From NCBI GenBank assembly GCA_028711505.1, contig JAQTSC010000001.1:168604-232603 (forward strand): a DNA stretch of 64,000 nt. The letters run 5' to 3'. A program made the translations under genes and the position numbers. The notes under the pieces were generated by a model. That model saw only the letters and a program-made list of their open reading frames with translations. It did no database searches and was not told where the DNA came from. Every line of letters begins with the position of its first letter. The first letter of the stretch is position 1. The DNA comes from Minisyncoccota bacterium (lineage in GTDB: Bacteria; Patescibacteriota; Minisyncoccia; JAHISW01; Tagabacteraceae). Of this stretch, positions 1 through 9,944 are shown in pieces.

Positions 1-142
1 CGAAAAGGCGAGGAGGAAAACCAAACCCGAACTCCTCGACTTTAGCGCCGAAAATTCTTGCAAAAAGGAAATGTCCCAGTTCATGGGACAAAACCAATAT
101 CGCCAAAGCGGCTATAAATAATATAATTTCCATAAATCCGCG

Positions 143-694
143 TTAATTTTTTATTTCATCTTTCTTTTTTTCCGCCATCTCTTCAAGTCTTTCGGAACAC
201 TCGTCAAATATTTTTTGGAGTTCGTCTTTAAAACGAAACTTATCGTCTTCGCTAAATTCTTTCTCTTTTTCTTTCTCTTTTATGTCTTTTAAAACATCGT
301 CCCTTTCCCTTCTCATCGAAATTCTCGCTTCCTCAAGTTTTTCCGAAACAAGTTTCAAGAGAGCTGTTCTTCTTTCCGCGGTAAGATCGGGAAAAATGAC
401 TCGGATCGTTCCTTTTTCGGTAATAGCCTGAGCTCCCAAACCGGAAGCTCTTATCGCTTGTTCAACCGGTAAAACAGAATCGCTGTCCCACGGCTTTACA
501 AGCAAAGTCCTGGCGTCCTCAACCGCTATGGAAGCAACTCCCTTCAGCGGATTTTTAGCGCCATAATAATCAACTTTCACGTTTTCTATCAACGCGGGGG
601 TGGCGCGGCCGGTACGTATAAGAAAAATTTCATTCTTAAACCACTCCTCTGTATCCACCGCTTTCTTTTTAAATTTTGTGAAATCGTAAGGCAT
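143..694 (-). CDS. frr: Ribosome recycling factor
   Basis: IRTGRATP, VDYYG and PDLTAERR motifs; 183 aa. Confidence 0.95.
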   Translation of the reverse strand: MPYDFTKFKKKAVDTEEWFKNEIFLIRTGRATPALIENVKVDYYGAKNPLKGVASIAVEDARTLLVKPWDSDSVLPVEQAIRASGLGAQAITEKGTIRVIFPDLTAERRTALLKLVSEKLEEARISMRRERDDVLKDIKEKEKEKEFSEDDKFRFKDELQKIFDECSERLEEMAEKKKDEIKN

Positions 695-887
695 TCTTCG
701 TAATGCACTATCGCATTTAAAAAACGATAATGCAGTAATTTAAATGATAATCGATGTCCGTTAATTCCTTTTCCCGCCACGCGTCAGGGAAAGCACGCGA
801 GAATGTTTATTACGGGATATGTTTTTATTATATCAAACAAATCCCCGGATTGAAAAGTTTTAAAAACATAATCTTAAAAATCAAACC

Positions 888-1553
888 TCATTTTGTTTTC
901 GGTAAAAAATATGCCAAATGTTCCAAAACCATTTTCGGATAAGCGCCAGGGGAAAGGAGCATTTCTCGGCACTTCGCGGTTTCCTCCGCAATCTCCGCGT
1001 TTATAACCGCGCCCTTTAAAAAATCACCGTTCAAAACCTCCACAATTCCTCCGAGAAAAGATACCGCTTTCTGTTTATCCGATATAAACGGTTTTAAAAT
1101 TTCCAGCCGCTTGTCAATCGTTGAATTCAAAAATTCCAAAATAAATTCCTTGTTTTCTGCCAATGAGGAAGCGGGTATTTCAAAATCTTCCGGGAAAAGC
1201 CTTGACCTAAGAGTACCGGGTATATTTTCTTTTGAGCCGGTAATGAGAAAAAAACGGCTATCCGCCGCCGGCTCTTCAAAAGTTTTAAGCAGAGCGTCGG
1301 AAGATTCCTTCGTAAAGAAATCGGCCATTACCACAAATACCCTGCCCTTCCCCGAAAAAGATTTTTGAGAAGACCATGTTCTTAAAAGTCGGCTATGGTC
1401 TATTGAAAGGGTGGCTGTTTCAAGAAGGAAAAAATCGGGATCGGAATTTATACTATCCCGCGTTTTTCCTAAAATTTCCGAAGCTGCGGCAATCGCCTTG
1501 TTTAAAGCCGTTTTTTTGTCGCCGGTAAAAAGGTATCCGTGTTTGAAGTCCAT
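888..1553 (-). CDS. holB: DNA polymerase III delta' subunit (short form)
   Basis: HGYLFTG, DPDF, ALLKTFEEP and TLRSR clamp-loader motifs. Confidence 0.8.
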   Translation of the reverse strand: MDFKHGYLFTGDKKTALNKAIAAASEILGKTRDSINSDPDFFLLETATLSIDHSRLLRTWSSQKSFSGKGRVFVVMADFFTKESSDALLKTFEEPAADSRFFLITGSKENIPGTLRSRLFPEDFEIPASSLAENKEFILEFLNSTIDKRLEILKPFISDKQKAVSFLGGIVEVLNGDFLKGAVINAEIAEETAKCREMLLSPGAYPKMVLEHLAYFLPKTK

Positions 1554-1601
1554 TTTCTATATTATTACCTGCTAAAGAAACAAAAACAAACCCTGCCGGA
1601 G

Positions 1602-1632
1602 AAAAAAAAGACGGGTTCTAAACGAACCCGTC
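1602..1632 (-). terminator. Rho-independent terminator
   Basis: GACGGGTTC/GAACCCGTC stem followed by 8 U on the minus strand. Confidence 0.75.
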
Positions 1633-1840
1633 CAACGCTGCTGCATGGGATATTGATTATAACGGATAACGTCCGCGTATGCGCGCGGATAAAAGGTCGA
1701 TCCGGATTCGCCTTCGTCAGTTCTAATCCCCCATAACAGCCGCGATCCGGGCTCGATAAATTTTTATAGAAAGAACTTCAAACCCGGGTCGCGACTGTTA
1801 ACTTTTATTTCAACATTACTTTTTAAAAAACTTAATAGCG
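1602..1840 (-). ncRNA. Candidate structured non-coding RNA or attenuated leader between mreB and holB
   Basis: Consensus promoter upstream, ~23-bp G-U-containing hairpin (1734-1800), further stems, terminator, no credible minus-strand ORF. Confidence 0.5.
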
Positions 1841-1846
1841 GTTATT

Positions 1847-1874
1847 ATTATAGCCGACTAAAAAAATCTGTCAA
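1847..1874 (-). promoter_or_regulatory. Sigma70 promoter TTGACA-16-TATAAT
   Basis: Exact consensus hexamers on the minus strand. Confidence 0.7.
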
Positions 1875-1947
1875 ACCAAATTTGTTTTTCCTCAAACAAA
1901 GCGGATATAAAACTCCCATTGCGGATTAAAAACAAGAAAATAAAAAA

Positions 1948-2958
1948 TTACCTTTTTGCCACGATGCTTCTCTTGTACGCGTCCAAATGCTCCAAAGCCA
2001 CGCCAGTGCCTTTGGCGACACAAAGCAAAGAATCTTCGGCAACCTCCGCCCTGACCCCGGTAGAACGAAAAACAAGTTCGTCGATATTTCTCAAAAGCGA
2101 AACCCCTCCGCTCATCAAAATTCCCAAATCAATAATATCCGAAGAAAGTTCCGGCGGAGTTTCCTGAAGAACATGTTTTATCGCCTTTATTATTTCTTTA
2201 AGTTCAAACTCAATCGCTTTTACAACCTCATTCGTGGAAACTTCTGCGCTGCGAGGAAGACCGGTCAAAAAATCTCTTCCTTTAACGGTGCATTTAAGCT
2301 CGTCGTCAACCATGACAGCCGAACCTACCGCTATCTTTATCTCCTCGGCCGTTTTTTCGCCTATAGCCAAATTAAAAGCTTTCTTAACATAATTAATAAT
2401 GGCTTGGTCAAGTTTATTGCCGGCAACTTTTACCGAAGTGGAAAAAACGATACCGCCCAAGCTTATAACGGCGGCATCGGTAGTCCCTCCTCCTATATCA
2501 ACTATCATATGACCGCAAGCTTCGTGTATGGGAACTCCGGCGCCAATGGCAGCGAGTATCGGTTCTTTCACTACATAAGCCGAACGCGCCCCTGCTTTTA
2601 CCGCCGCCTCGACTACCGCCCTTTTTTCGGTTGACGTTATTCCGGCAGGAACGGATATCATTACTTCCGGTTTAAAAATGTTAAATTTCCCGATGGATTT
2701 TCCGATATAATATTTAAGCATCGCTTCTGTCGCGCGATAATCGGCGATAACCCCGTCTTTAAGCGGACGATAAGTCATTATCGTATCGGGAGTTTTCCCG
2801 ACCATGTCTTTGGCGTCATCGCCTACGGCAAGAATTTTATTGTCAGGAACGGATATGGCGACAACGGACGGTTCGTTTAAAACAATGCCTTTGCCATACA
2901 CAAAAACCAAAGTATTCGCTGTCCCCAAATCTATTCCAAGTTTTCTGGCAAAAAACAT
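1948..2958 (-). CDS. mreB: Rod shape-determining protein MreB
   Basis: GIDLGTANT, RPLKDGVIAD and VDIGGGTTD motifs. Confidence 0.97.
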   Translation of the reverse strand: MFFARKLGIDLGTANTLVFVYGKGIVLNEPSVVAISVPDNKILAVGDDAKDMVGKTPDTIMTYRPLKDGVIADYRATEAMLKYYIGKSIGKFNIFKPEVMISVPAGITSTEKRAVVEAAVKAGARSAYVVKEPILAAIGAGVPIHEACGHMIVDIGGGTTDAAVISLGGIVFSTSVKVAGNKLDQAIINYVKKAFNLAIGEKTAEEIKIAVGSAVMVDDELKCTVKGRDFLTGLPRSAEVSTNEVVKAIEFELKEIIKAIKHVLQETPPELSSDIIDLGILMSGGVSLLRNIDELVFRSTGVRAEVAEDSLLCVAKGTGVALEHLDAYKRSIVAKR

Positions 2959-2963
2959 AAAAG

Positions 2964-4232
2964 TTAAATGCGTTTTATTGTCGCGCCAATGTTTGAAAGG
3001 CGTTCCTCTATTTTTTCATATCCCCTGTCTATATTATAGATATTGCTTATTTCCGATTCTCCTTCCGCGGCAAGCGCCGCGGTAAGAAAAGCCAGCCCGG
3101 CTCTCAAATCAGGGCTTTCCATTTTTCTTCCCCTTAATTTTGTCGGACCTTCAATTATCGCCCTGTGGGGGTCGCAGATAATAATCTTCGCTCCCATTCT
3201 TTCCAAATCGTTTAAATAATTCAGGCGGCCGTCAAATACCGTTTCAAAAACCATGCTTTTGCCTTCTGCTTGCGTTAAAAGCACGGAAAAAGGCGCTTGC
3301 ATATCCGTTGAAAAACCAGGGTATTCATGAGTTTTTATATCAACGGCCGTAAGCCGTTTCGGAGCGCTGATTAAAAGATAATCTTTGCCTATTTTAATAT
3401 CAACCCCTGTTTCTTTTAAGGCGGAAAGTTCGGCTCGCATGTGAGAAGGGTCGCAATCGGATATTCTTAAATTTTTTCCCAAAATTGACGCGATAACCGC
3501 AAAGCTGCCCGCCTCCACCCTGTCTGGCGGAGTTTCAAAAACTCCTTTTTCCAAAAGTTTGCCCGATCTTCCGTTTATTTCGATCGTATTGGTTCCCGCT
3601 CCTTTTATGTCGGCGCCGCTGGCATTTAAAAAATTAGCGAGGACCGCTATTTCCGGTTCGCACGCCACGTTTCTCAAAATTGTCTTCCCGTAAGCCAGAA
3701 CAGCGGCCATCATCAAAGTTTCGGTCGCCGTAACACTGGGAAGCTTAAAAAAAATATCCGCGCCTTTTAATTTTTTAGCTTCTATCCGATAAAAATTTGT
3801 TTCTTCAATGACACCAGCGCCCATCTCTTTGAAAGAGTCCAAGAAAACATCTATCGGTCTCTTCCCGATAACGCACCCGCCGGGATGCGGGAAAAAAACC
3901 CTGCCTTCGCGCGCCAGAATCGGTCCGGTTAATACGACAGAGGAACGGAGAAGCGTCGCGATTTTCAGATCCATTTCGGGCTTTATGCCGGAAGAAATTT
4001 TATAACGAAAAGTCCTGCCCTCTTCATGAAAGACTTCAACGCCCAAACTGCCAAGCAGGCAATTCATCTGCAAAAAATCTTCTATAAAAGGAACGTTCTT
4101 TAAAACAACTTCTTCCTTAAAAAGAACGGACGCGGCTTGAGCCTTAAGGACGGCATTTTTAGCTCCGTTGACGCGGAGAGTTCCTTCAAGTTTCTTCTTT
4201 TTTCCAAGCCCTTTAATCAAAAAAGAGTTCAT
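2964..4232 (-). CDS. murA: UDP-N-acetylglucosamine 1-carboxyvinyltransferase
   Basis: GAKNA, PGGCVIGKRP, YPGFSTD, DLRAG and IDRGYE motifs. Confidence 0.97.
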   Translation of the reverse strand: MNSFLIKGLGKKKKLEGTLRVNGAKNAVLKAQAASVLFKEEVVLKNVPFIEDFLQMNCLLGSLGVEVFHEEGRTFRYKISSGIKPEMDLKIATLLRSSVVLTGPILAREGRVFFPHPGGCVIGKRPIDVFLDSFKEMGAGVIEETNFYRIEAKKLKGADIFFKLPSVTATETLMMAAVLAYGKTILRNVACEPEIAVLANFLNASGADIKGAGTNTIEINGRSGKLLEKGVFETPPDRVEAGSFAVIASILGKNLRISDCDPSHMRAELSALKETGVDIKIGKDYLLISAPKRLTAVDIKTHEYPGFSTDMQAPFSVLLTQAEGKSMVFETVFDGRLNYLNDLERMGAKIIICDPHRAIIEGPTKLRGRKMESPDLRAGLAFLTAALAAEGESEISNIYNIDRGYEKIEERLSNIGATIKRI

Positions 4233-4352
4233 TCCAACCGATTAAATTCAAAATTAAATATTAGTTTAAAAAACACCTGCTTCTGTGCTTTTAATTTCGC
4301 CTTTGCTATTTTATCCTAGACTTTTAGGCGTTTTTTTGCAAATATAATAAAT

Positions 4353-5393
4353 ATGATGACTCGCAGAAAAAGAAGGGTGTTTTTTCTTATATCGACAGGT
4401 GTTTTTCTGTTTGTGTCCCTTGCCGTCGTATTTTATAGCCAAGGGTACATGCTGGACAAAAATTACAAAATAACGCGCAAAGGAGGACTCTACATAAACA
4501 CACCGATTGAAAATTCCGACATATATATAAACTTAAAGAAAGAAAAGACAACCAGTTTCTTAAACCGCGATTTGCTTATGTCGAATATTGAACCCAAAAA
4601 ATATTCGATACTTATTGCCAAAGAAGGCTACTGGCCTTGGGCGAAGACGATAGAAGTCAAGCCGGGCATGGTTATAGAAGCAAGAGCGATAATGGTAAAA
4701 GAAAATCCACAGGGAGAATTTATCTTAAAAGGAAAATTCTCGCGCATCTGGTCTTCCCCATCGGAAAAAATAATTGCGCTGAAAGAAGAAAAAAACGGAG
4801 TTTTTGATTTGCTTTTCTATCTGCCGGAAAATAATGTTTTTCTCACCCCCCTCAATTCATCTTCAAAATATCTCTTGTCCTTTAAAAAAGAAATCTCCGG
4901 CGTATCTTTTGAAAACGGAAGCGTTTCCTTTAAAACGGAAAAGGGAAATATAAAAGCCGATTTTGATTTTTCAAAAAACAGCGTGTCCGCGACGCAGACG
5001 GACGTTCTTCCGGAAAAATCCGATTACGAGAAAACCGCGAGAAGAGGACAGGAAAAAATTTCATGGAATCCTGAAACAAACGAGGTTTTTGTGGAATGGC
5101 TGGAGAAAAACTCGACCCCTCCGCAATATATTTGCGAGGAAAAATGCGAATCTCCCATAAAGATATTCAAAAGCTTCTTGAAACTGAGGAACGCGGATTT
5201 CTTTCCGGGGAGACCGGATGTGGCAACGATAGCCGTGGGCAACGGAATTTACGCCCTTGAAATAGACGGAAGAGGAGGTCGCCTTATTTACCCTCTATAC
5301 AAAGGCAAAGAACCGGATTTTGCCCTGCTTGGAAGCGAAAAAAACGTCTACATAATAGACGACGGTTCTCTTATAAAAATATCTTTGGAGTAA
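4353..5393 (+). CDS. Membrane-anchored PEGA-domain protein
   Basis: N-terminal TM helix then GGLYINT...YSILIAKEGYWPW PEGA-like pattern. Confidence 0.65.
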   Translation: MMTRRKRRVFFLISTGVFLFVSLAVVFYSQGYMLDKNYKITRKGGLYINTPIENSDIYINLKKEKTTSFLNRDLLMSNIEPKKYSILIAKEGYWPWAKTIEVKPGMVIEARAIMVKENPQGEFILKGKFSRIWSSPSEKIIALKEEKNGVFDLLFYLPENNVFLTPLNSSSKYLLSFKKEISGVSFENGSVSFKTEKGNIKADFDFSKNSVSATQTDVLPEKSDYEKTARRGQEKISWNPETNEVFVEWLEKNSTPPQYICEEKCESPIKIFKSFLKLRNADFFPGRPDVATIAVGNGIYALEIDGRGGRLIYPLYKGKEPDFALLGSEKNVYIIDDGSLIKISLE

Positions 5394-7288
5394 TGAGCTT
5401 AAACCTGGTTAAAATTGTGCCAATCACAAAAGGCGCAGCCAAAGAACTTTTTTACTTTTCACAAAAAGACATAAAAAAAGGCTCGATAGTTTCCGCCGAA
5501 ATAAGAAAAAAAGAAACTCCTTGCCTTGTTCTCTCTTCCGAAAGCATAAAAGACGCCAAGTCCAGAATAAAAAATTATTCTTATCCCCTAAAAAAGATTT
5601 CATCAGTAAAAGCTGATGGTTTTTTTACCGAAGAATTTATTGAAGCGGCAAAGGACACGGCCGATTATTTTCTCTCTGCCGCGGGCAATGTTGTAAAAGA
5701 ACTTTGTCCGCAGGCTATTCTTGAAAATCCGCCGGCGGTAAAAGATGCCTTTTTGCAGGAATCGCTTCTAAAAAAAAGATTGCGCTCAAAAGAATTGCCC
5801 GGACTTTTATCGCTTCAGTCACCTCTTCCGAATAGAATAATTTTCTATAAAAACCTGATAAGGTCTGAATTCGCCAGAGGAAATTCAATATTTTTATGCC
5901 TCCCCACTTCCGCCGAGGCAATGCGTTTGTTTAAAGAAATTGAAAAAGGAATAGAACAGTTTTCATTCATCTTCACGGCAAAGACTTTAAAAAGGGACCT
6001 GAAAAAAAACTGGGCTAAAGTTATGGAAGAATCTCACCCTGTATTTATCACGGCAACCCCGCTTTTCCTTTCTGTTGCCAGAAAAGATATAAAAACTTTC
6101 ATAATAGAAAACGAGGGTTCTTTCGCGTATAAAAAACCGCGAAGGCCTTTTTTAAATTTCAAAAAAGCAGCGGAAAATCTGGCGCGGCGGAACGAAGCGA
6201 AAATAATTTTTGCCGACGAGATACCCAGCGCGGAAATTCATTATAAAATCTTCGCGGGAAAAATTACGGCGGCAGCTCCGGTTCAAGAAAAAATAACATC
6301 CACCGCCGAGCAAACGCTTGTTGACGCTAAAAAACAGAAAACCGTCCTGAGCGAAAAGATAATAAAAATGGTTGAAGAAGCGTCAACAAATAATCAAAAA
6401 ACCATACTTTTCATAAACAGGCGAGGTTTCGGATTGCAGACGATATGTGAAGACTGCGGAAAAATAATGGTCTGCCCAAGATGCGAAACGCCGCTTACCC
6501 TTCATAAAACTTCGGGGAATGAATTCTTGTGCCACAAATGCTTCAACAAAACTCCCGTCTTTGAAAGATGCCCTGACTGCGGAAGCTGGAGAATGAAAAC
6601 TTTAGGCTGGGGCATACAGGCGGCGGAAGAAGAACTAAAAGAAAAATTCCATAATTTAAAAATTTTGAGGCTGGACGCCGATTCGGCAAAAACAAAAAAA
6701 CAGGGTCGGGAAATTATGAAAAAATACGAAGATTCGCCCTCCGCGGTCTTAATAGCCACGGAAATGCTTTTCTCTTTCTGGGGCGAGGAAACGGACAATA
6801 TCGGAATCGTATCCGTTGACAGCATGCTTTCTTTGCCGGATTTCAGGATAAACGAAAGAATTTTCCGGCTTCTATTCCTCTTGAAAACCCGCGCCAGAAA
6901 AACTTTTATTATCCAGACAAGGATGCCGGAAAATCCGATTTTTGAAAACGTTATAAAAGGAGACGCTTCCGGCTTTTATCGTTTTGAGCTGGATTCGCGA
7001 AAAAATTTTGGATACCCGCCGTTCAAAACTCTTATAAAAATAATTCTTGAAGGCAGAGACAAAAACACGGCGCAGAAAGAAATAACCTCTCTTGAAAAGA
7101 AACTGGAAGATTACAATCCGACAAGCTTTTCCGCGTTTACACCGAAAATAAAAAACTTCTACCGGTTTTTCACGCTTCTTAAAATAGAGCCGGGCAAGTG
7201 GCCCGACCAAGAGCAAAAACTTTTTGAAATTCTGTCTTCTCTGCCCCGAGAATGGAAAATAGACGTCGACCCGGAAAGTTTGCTGTAA
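5393..7288 (+). CDS. priA: Primosomal protein N' (helicase motifs degenerate)
   Basis: FINRRG, four CxxC zinc motifs, YPPF and terminal IDVDP. Confidence 0.92.
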   Translation: MSLNLVKIVPITKGAAKELFYFSQKDIKKGSIVSAEIRKKETPCLVLSSESIKDAKSRIKNYSYPLKKISSVKADGFFTEEFIEAAKDTADYFLSAAGNVVKELCPQAILENPPAVKDAFLQESLLKKRLRSKELPGLLSLQSPLPNRIIFYKNLIRSEFARGNSIFLCLPTSAEAMRLFKEIEKGIEQFSFIFTAKTLKRDLKKNWAKVMEESHPVFITATPLFLSVARKDIKTFIIENEGSFAYKKPRRPFLNFKKAAENLARRNEAKIIFADEIPSAEIHYKIFAGKITAAAPVQEKITSTAEQTLVDAKKQKTVLSEKIIKMVEEASTNNQKTILFINRRGFGLQTICEDCGKIMVCPRCETPLTLHKTSGNEFLCHKCFNKTPVFERCPDCGSWRMKTLGWGIQAAEEELKEKFHNLKILRLDADSAKTKKQGREIMKKYEDSPSAVLIATEMLFSFWGEETDNIGIVSVDSMLSLPDFRINERIFRLLFLLKTRARKTFIIQTRMPENPIFENVIKGDASGFYRFELDSRKNFGYPPFKTLIKIILEGRDKNTAQKEITSLEKKLEDYNPTSFSAFTPKIKNFYRFFTLLKIEPGKWPDQEQKLFEILSSLPREWKIDVDPESLL

Positions 7289-7306
7289 GAAAACTCAAGA
7301 CAAAAA

Positions 7307-7723
7307 TTATTTACCAAGATAATTTTCAAAAGCCAAGACTAAATCATCAATAAGCCCGTATTTTTTATATTCTTTCGGGTCAATCCAAATATATTCTTCA
7401 TGGTCTTCGCTTAATATTACCTTGTCCGAGCCGGCAAAACATTCAAAAAAAGTCCCGATAATTTGCCACTGCTCTTCCCTTACAACAGGCCTCCATTCAT
7501 TAACAAAAAATGGTCGGCCAATTCTAACGCTAAGTCCCGTCTCTTCCTTAATTTCACGGATTAAATTTTCGTCAAATCTTTTTCCTGGCTTAACCCGGCC
7601 GCCTGCCACGTCAAATTTTCCCGCATTTGCCCCGTCCTTGTATTTTGCGGATTCTTTTAGCAATAACACCTTCCCGTTATAAATAATAAAGGCTTTTGTA
7701 GCGGCAAATAATTTAATTTCCAT
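7307..7723 (-). CDS. NUDIX hydrolase
   Basis: GG...REIKEETGL Nudix box. Confidence 0.9.
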   Translation of the reverse strand: MEIKLFAATKAFIIYNGKVLLLKESAKYKDGANAGKFDVAGGRVKPGKRFDENLIREIKEETGLSVRIGRPFFVNEWRPVVREEQWQIIGTFFECFAGSDKVILSEDHEEYIWIDPKEYKKYGLIDDLVLAFENYLGK

Positions 7724-7834
7724 CTTATTTAAAATGGTACTCTTGGAATACGTTCAAATAAAGCCCTTCTTCTTTTCCAAAAACCCGAAAAGGCCCGTCA
7801 TTCAAAAATATTTAAAATTCCCTATAATACAGGT

Positions 7835-8359
7835 ATGGAAGAAACAGGAAACGAAAAAATCAAAATCTATCAAAAAGGCGAAAAAGTGCTCCGTGAAAAA
7901 GCGAAGAATGTTCCTGTTTCCGAGATAAAAAGCAAAAAAATTAAAGCTATACTAAAAAAGATGGCTGAAGCCGTTGCCGAAAACGAAGAAGCTGTTGCTG
8001 TTGCCGCTCCTCAGATAGGAGAAAGCCGGCGTATTTTTCTTATCTCGAAATGGGCGCTTAATTCGGAAAAAGAGAAAAAAGAATTTGAAGGACAAAACAT
8101 AGTCTTCATAAACCCGAAAATAATCAAAGAGTCCCAAAAGAAAAAATCTGTTCCTGAATCCTGTCTCAGCGCCCCGAATCTTATGGGGGTTGTGGACCGC
8201 GCCGAAAAGATAAAAGTGGAAGCGTATGACGAAAACGGGGAAAAATTTGAACGCGGAGCTTCCGGCTTTTTTGCCCAGGCGATTCAGCATGAAATAGACC
8301 ACTTGGACGGCGTGCTTTTTATAGATAAAGCCGAGAACCTGCAAAAATATAAAAAATAA
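7835..8359 (+). CDS. def: Peptide deformylase
   Basis: AAPQIG, ESCLS and QHEIDHLDG motifs. Confidence 0.95.
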   Translation: MEETGNEKIKIYQKGEKVLREKAKNVPVSEIKSKKIKAILKKMAEAVAENEEAVAVAAPQIGESRRIFLISKWALNSEKEKKEFEGQNIVFINPKIIKESQKKKSVPESCLSAPNLMGVVDRAEKIKVEAYDENGEKFERGASGFFAQAIQHEIDHLDGVLFIDKAENLQKYKK

Positions 8360-8411
8360 AATACGCGCAAATAAATCCTTTATATGCAAAGTGGTTTCGA
8401 ATATAAAGGAT

Positions 8412-8912
8412 TTATTTGGTGTTATAATTTTTTGACACGGGTTTGTCAATCTGTTCTATATCAATTTGGTCAATATCTCTGCCTAGCCTACCCTTATATT
8501 CAATCAAATCAAACATTGGTATCACTTTTATTTTTATTCCAAATTCTGAGATACATTCGGCTTTATTAAAATCGATGTCTCTTTTTATCCAAACATTATT
8601 TTTTGTGTTCAAATATTCGGCACTATCTGCATCACAAAGTTCAATTTGTTGCCCATGATAATTTAAAATTTGATAAATTAACTTCCAGTGCGAACCCACA
8701 TGATAATCGGGGCCAAACTGACTATATTCTTTTACAGCTTCAGCGATTTTAGCAAAACCAGAATTTGGAATAAAAATATCAATATCAGCTAACTCACGCG
8801 TTGATCCATAACATATCGCCGCTAAACCACCCTCGATTTGATAAGGAATATCACTGTTTTCTAAAATATCAACTATCCATTGAAGAGCTCTTGTTGTTTT
8901 TTTATTTTCCAT
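8412..8912 (-). CDS. Nucleotidyltransferase-fold ('MazG-related') protein, AT-rich insertion between def and fmt
   Basis: GGLAAICYGSTRELADIDI matches the GG...DxD pol-beta NTase motif. Confidence 0.7.
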   Translation of the reverse strand: MENKKTTRALQWIVDILENSDIPYQIEGGLAAICYGSTRELADIDIFIPNSGFAKIAEAVKEYSQFGPDYHVGSHWKLIYQILNYHGQQIELCDADSAEYLNTKNNVWIKRDIDFNKAECISEFGIKIKVIPMFDLIEYKGRLGRDIDQIDIEQIDKPVSKNYNTK

Positions 8913-9068
8913 GTAAGTGTCAAAAAAATATAATTTCCGATAACTCGATTACGCGCGAAGTGATTTCACTTATTATACATAATATCGCCAGTTTTATGAA
9001 TATCATGTATTATTTATTTACTAGCCTTGATTATAAGGGAAAAAACTAATGGATATCTTCTAAAAAAT

Positions 9069-9944
9069 ATGGACAAAGCCAGAATCGTATTCTTCGGCAC
9101 GCCGGAATTCTCGGTAAAAATTCTTGAGGCGATGAAAAACGCCTGTTTTTTGCCGGCACTTATAATTACCGCTCCGGACAAGCCAAAAGGACGCGGAATG
9201 AAAATGGCTCCCTCTCCCGCAAAAGCTTGGGCGGAAAAAAACTGCATAAATCATATTGAACCGTCCTCTCTTAAAAAAGACCCCGAAATAGCGATAAAGC
9301 TTTCGGAAATGAATCCCGACCTTTTTGTAGTAGCCTCTTACGGAAAAATTCTCCCGAAAGAAATTCTCGATGTCCCCCGAAAAGGCACGTTAAATGTCCA
9401 TCCTTCGCTTCTTCCCAAGCTCCGCGGCGCGTCGCCTATTCAAGGAGCAATTTTATCGGGTGAAAAAGAAACCGGAGTAACCATTATGCTTATGGACGAA
9501 AAAATGGACGAGGGTCCAATTTTGGCCAAACAAAAATTGGAATTTCCGATTGCCAATTTAAGATTTTCAGAACTGGAACAAGAGCTTGCGGAGTTTGGAG
9601 GAAAAATTCTGACGGAAACAATTCCGAAATGGCTAAATGACAAAATAACTCCGCAACCGCAAGACCACTCACAAGCCACTTACACCAAACTCATTAAAAA
9701 AGAAGACGGTGAAATAAACTGGAGCGAGCCAGCAGAAGCAATTTTTAGAAAAATACGGGCATATACTCCTTGGCCCGGAGCTTACACTTTTTATAACGGA
9801 AAAAGAATAATAATAGCTGACGCCGAAATAAAGAATGACTCGCTTGATATTAAGCGAGTCAAACCCGAAGGCAAAAACGAAATTTCTTTTAAAGAATTCT
9901 ACAAAAACAATCCCGAATTTCCTAATTGCCGAAAATCTGAATAA
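9069..9944 (+). CDS. fmt: Methionyl-tRNA formyltransferase (start revised from 9027)
   Basis: FFGTPEF, NVHPSLLP.LRGASPI, MDEGPI and PWPGAY motifs. Confidence 0.95.
   Translation: MDKARIVFFGTPEFSVKILEAMKNACFLPALIITAPDKPKGRGMKMAPSPAKAWAEKNCINHIEPSSLKKDPEIAIKLSEMNPDLFVVASYGKILPKEILDVPRKGTLNVHPSLLPKLRGASPIQGAILSGEKETGVTIMLMDEKMDEGPILAKQKLEFPIANLRFSELEQELAEFGGKILTETIPKWLNDKITPQPQDHSQATYTKLIKKEDGEINWSEPAEAIFRKIRAYTPWPGAYTFYNGKRIIIADAEIKNDSLDIKRVKPEGKNEISFKEFYKNNPEFPNCRKSE

Noticed and set aside
1690-1730. CTGACGA on the minus strand as a hammerhead core, and GGGGG...GGATCGAC as a tmRNA 5' end
   Set aside because: No GAAA after the stem and the spacing does not fit tmRNA
1987-2634. Long antisense ORFs (also 10589-11119, 25129-25638, 30271-30915, 39666-40166, 56651-57295)
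   Set aside because: Shadows of better-supported genes on the opposite strand with no motifs of their own
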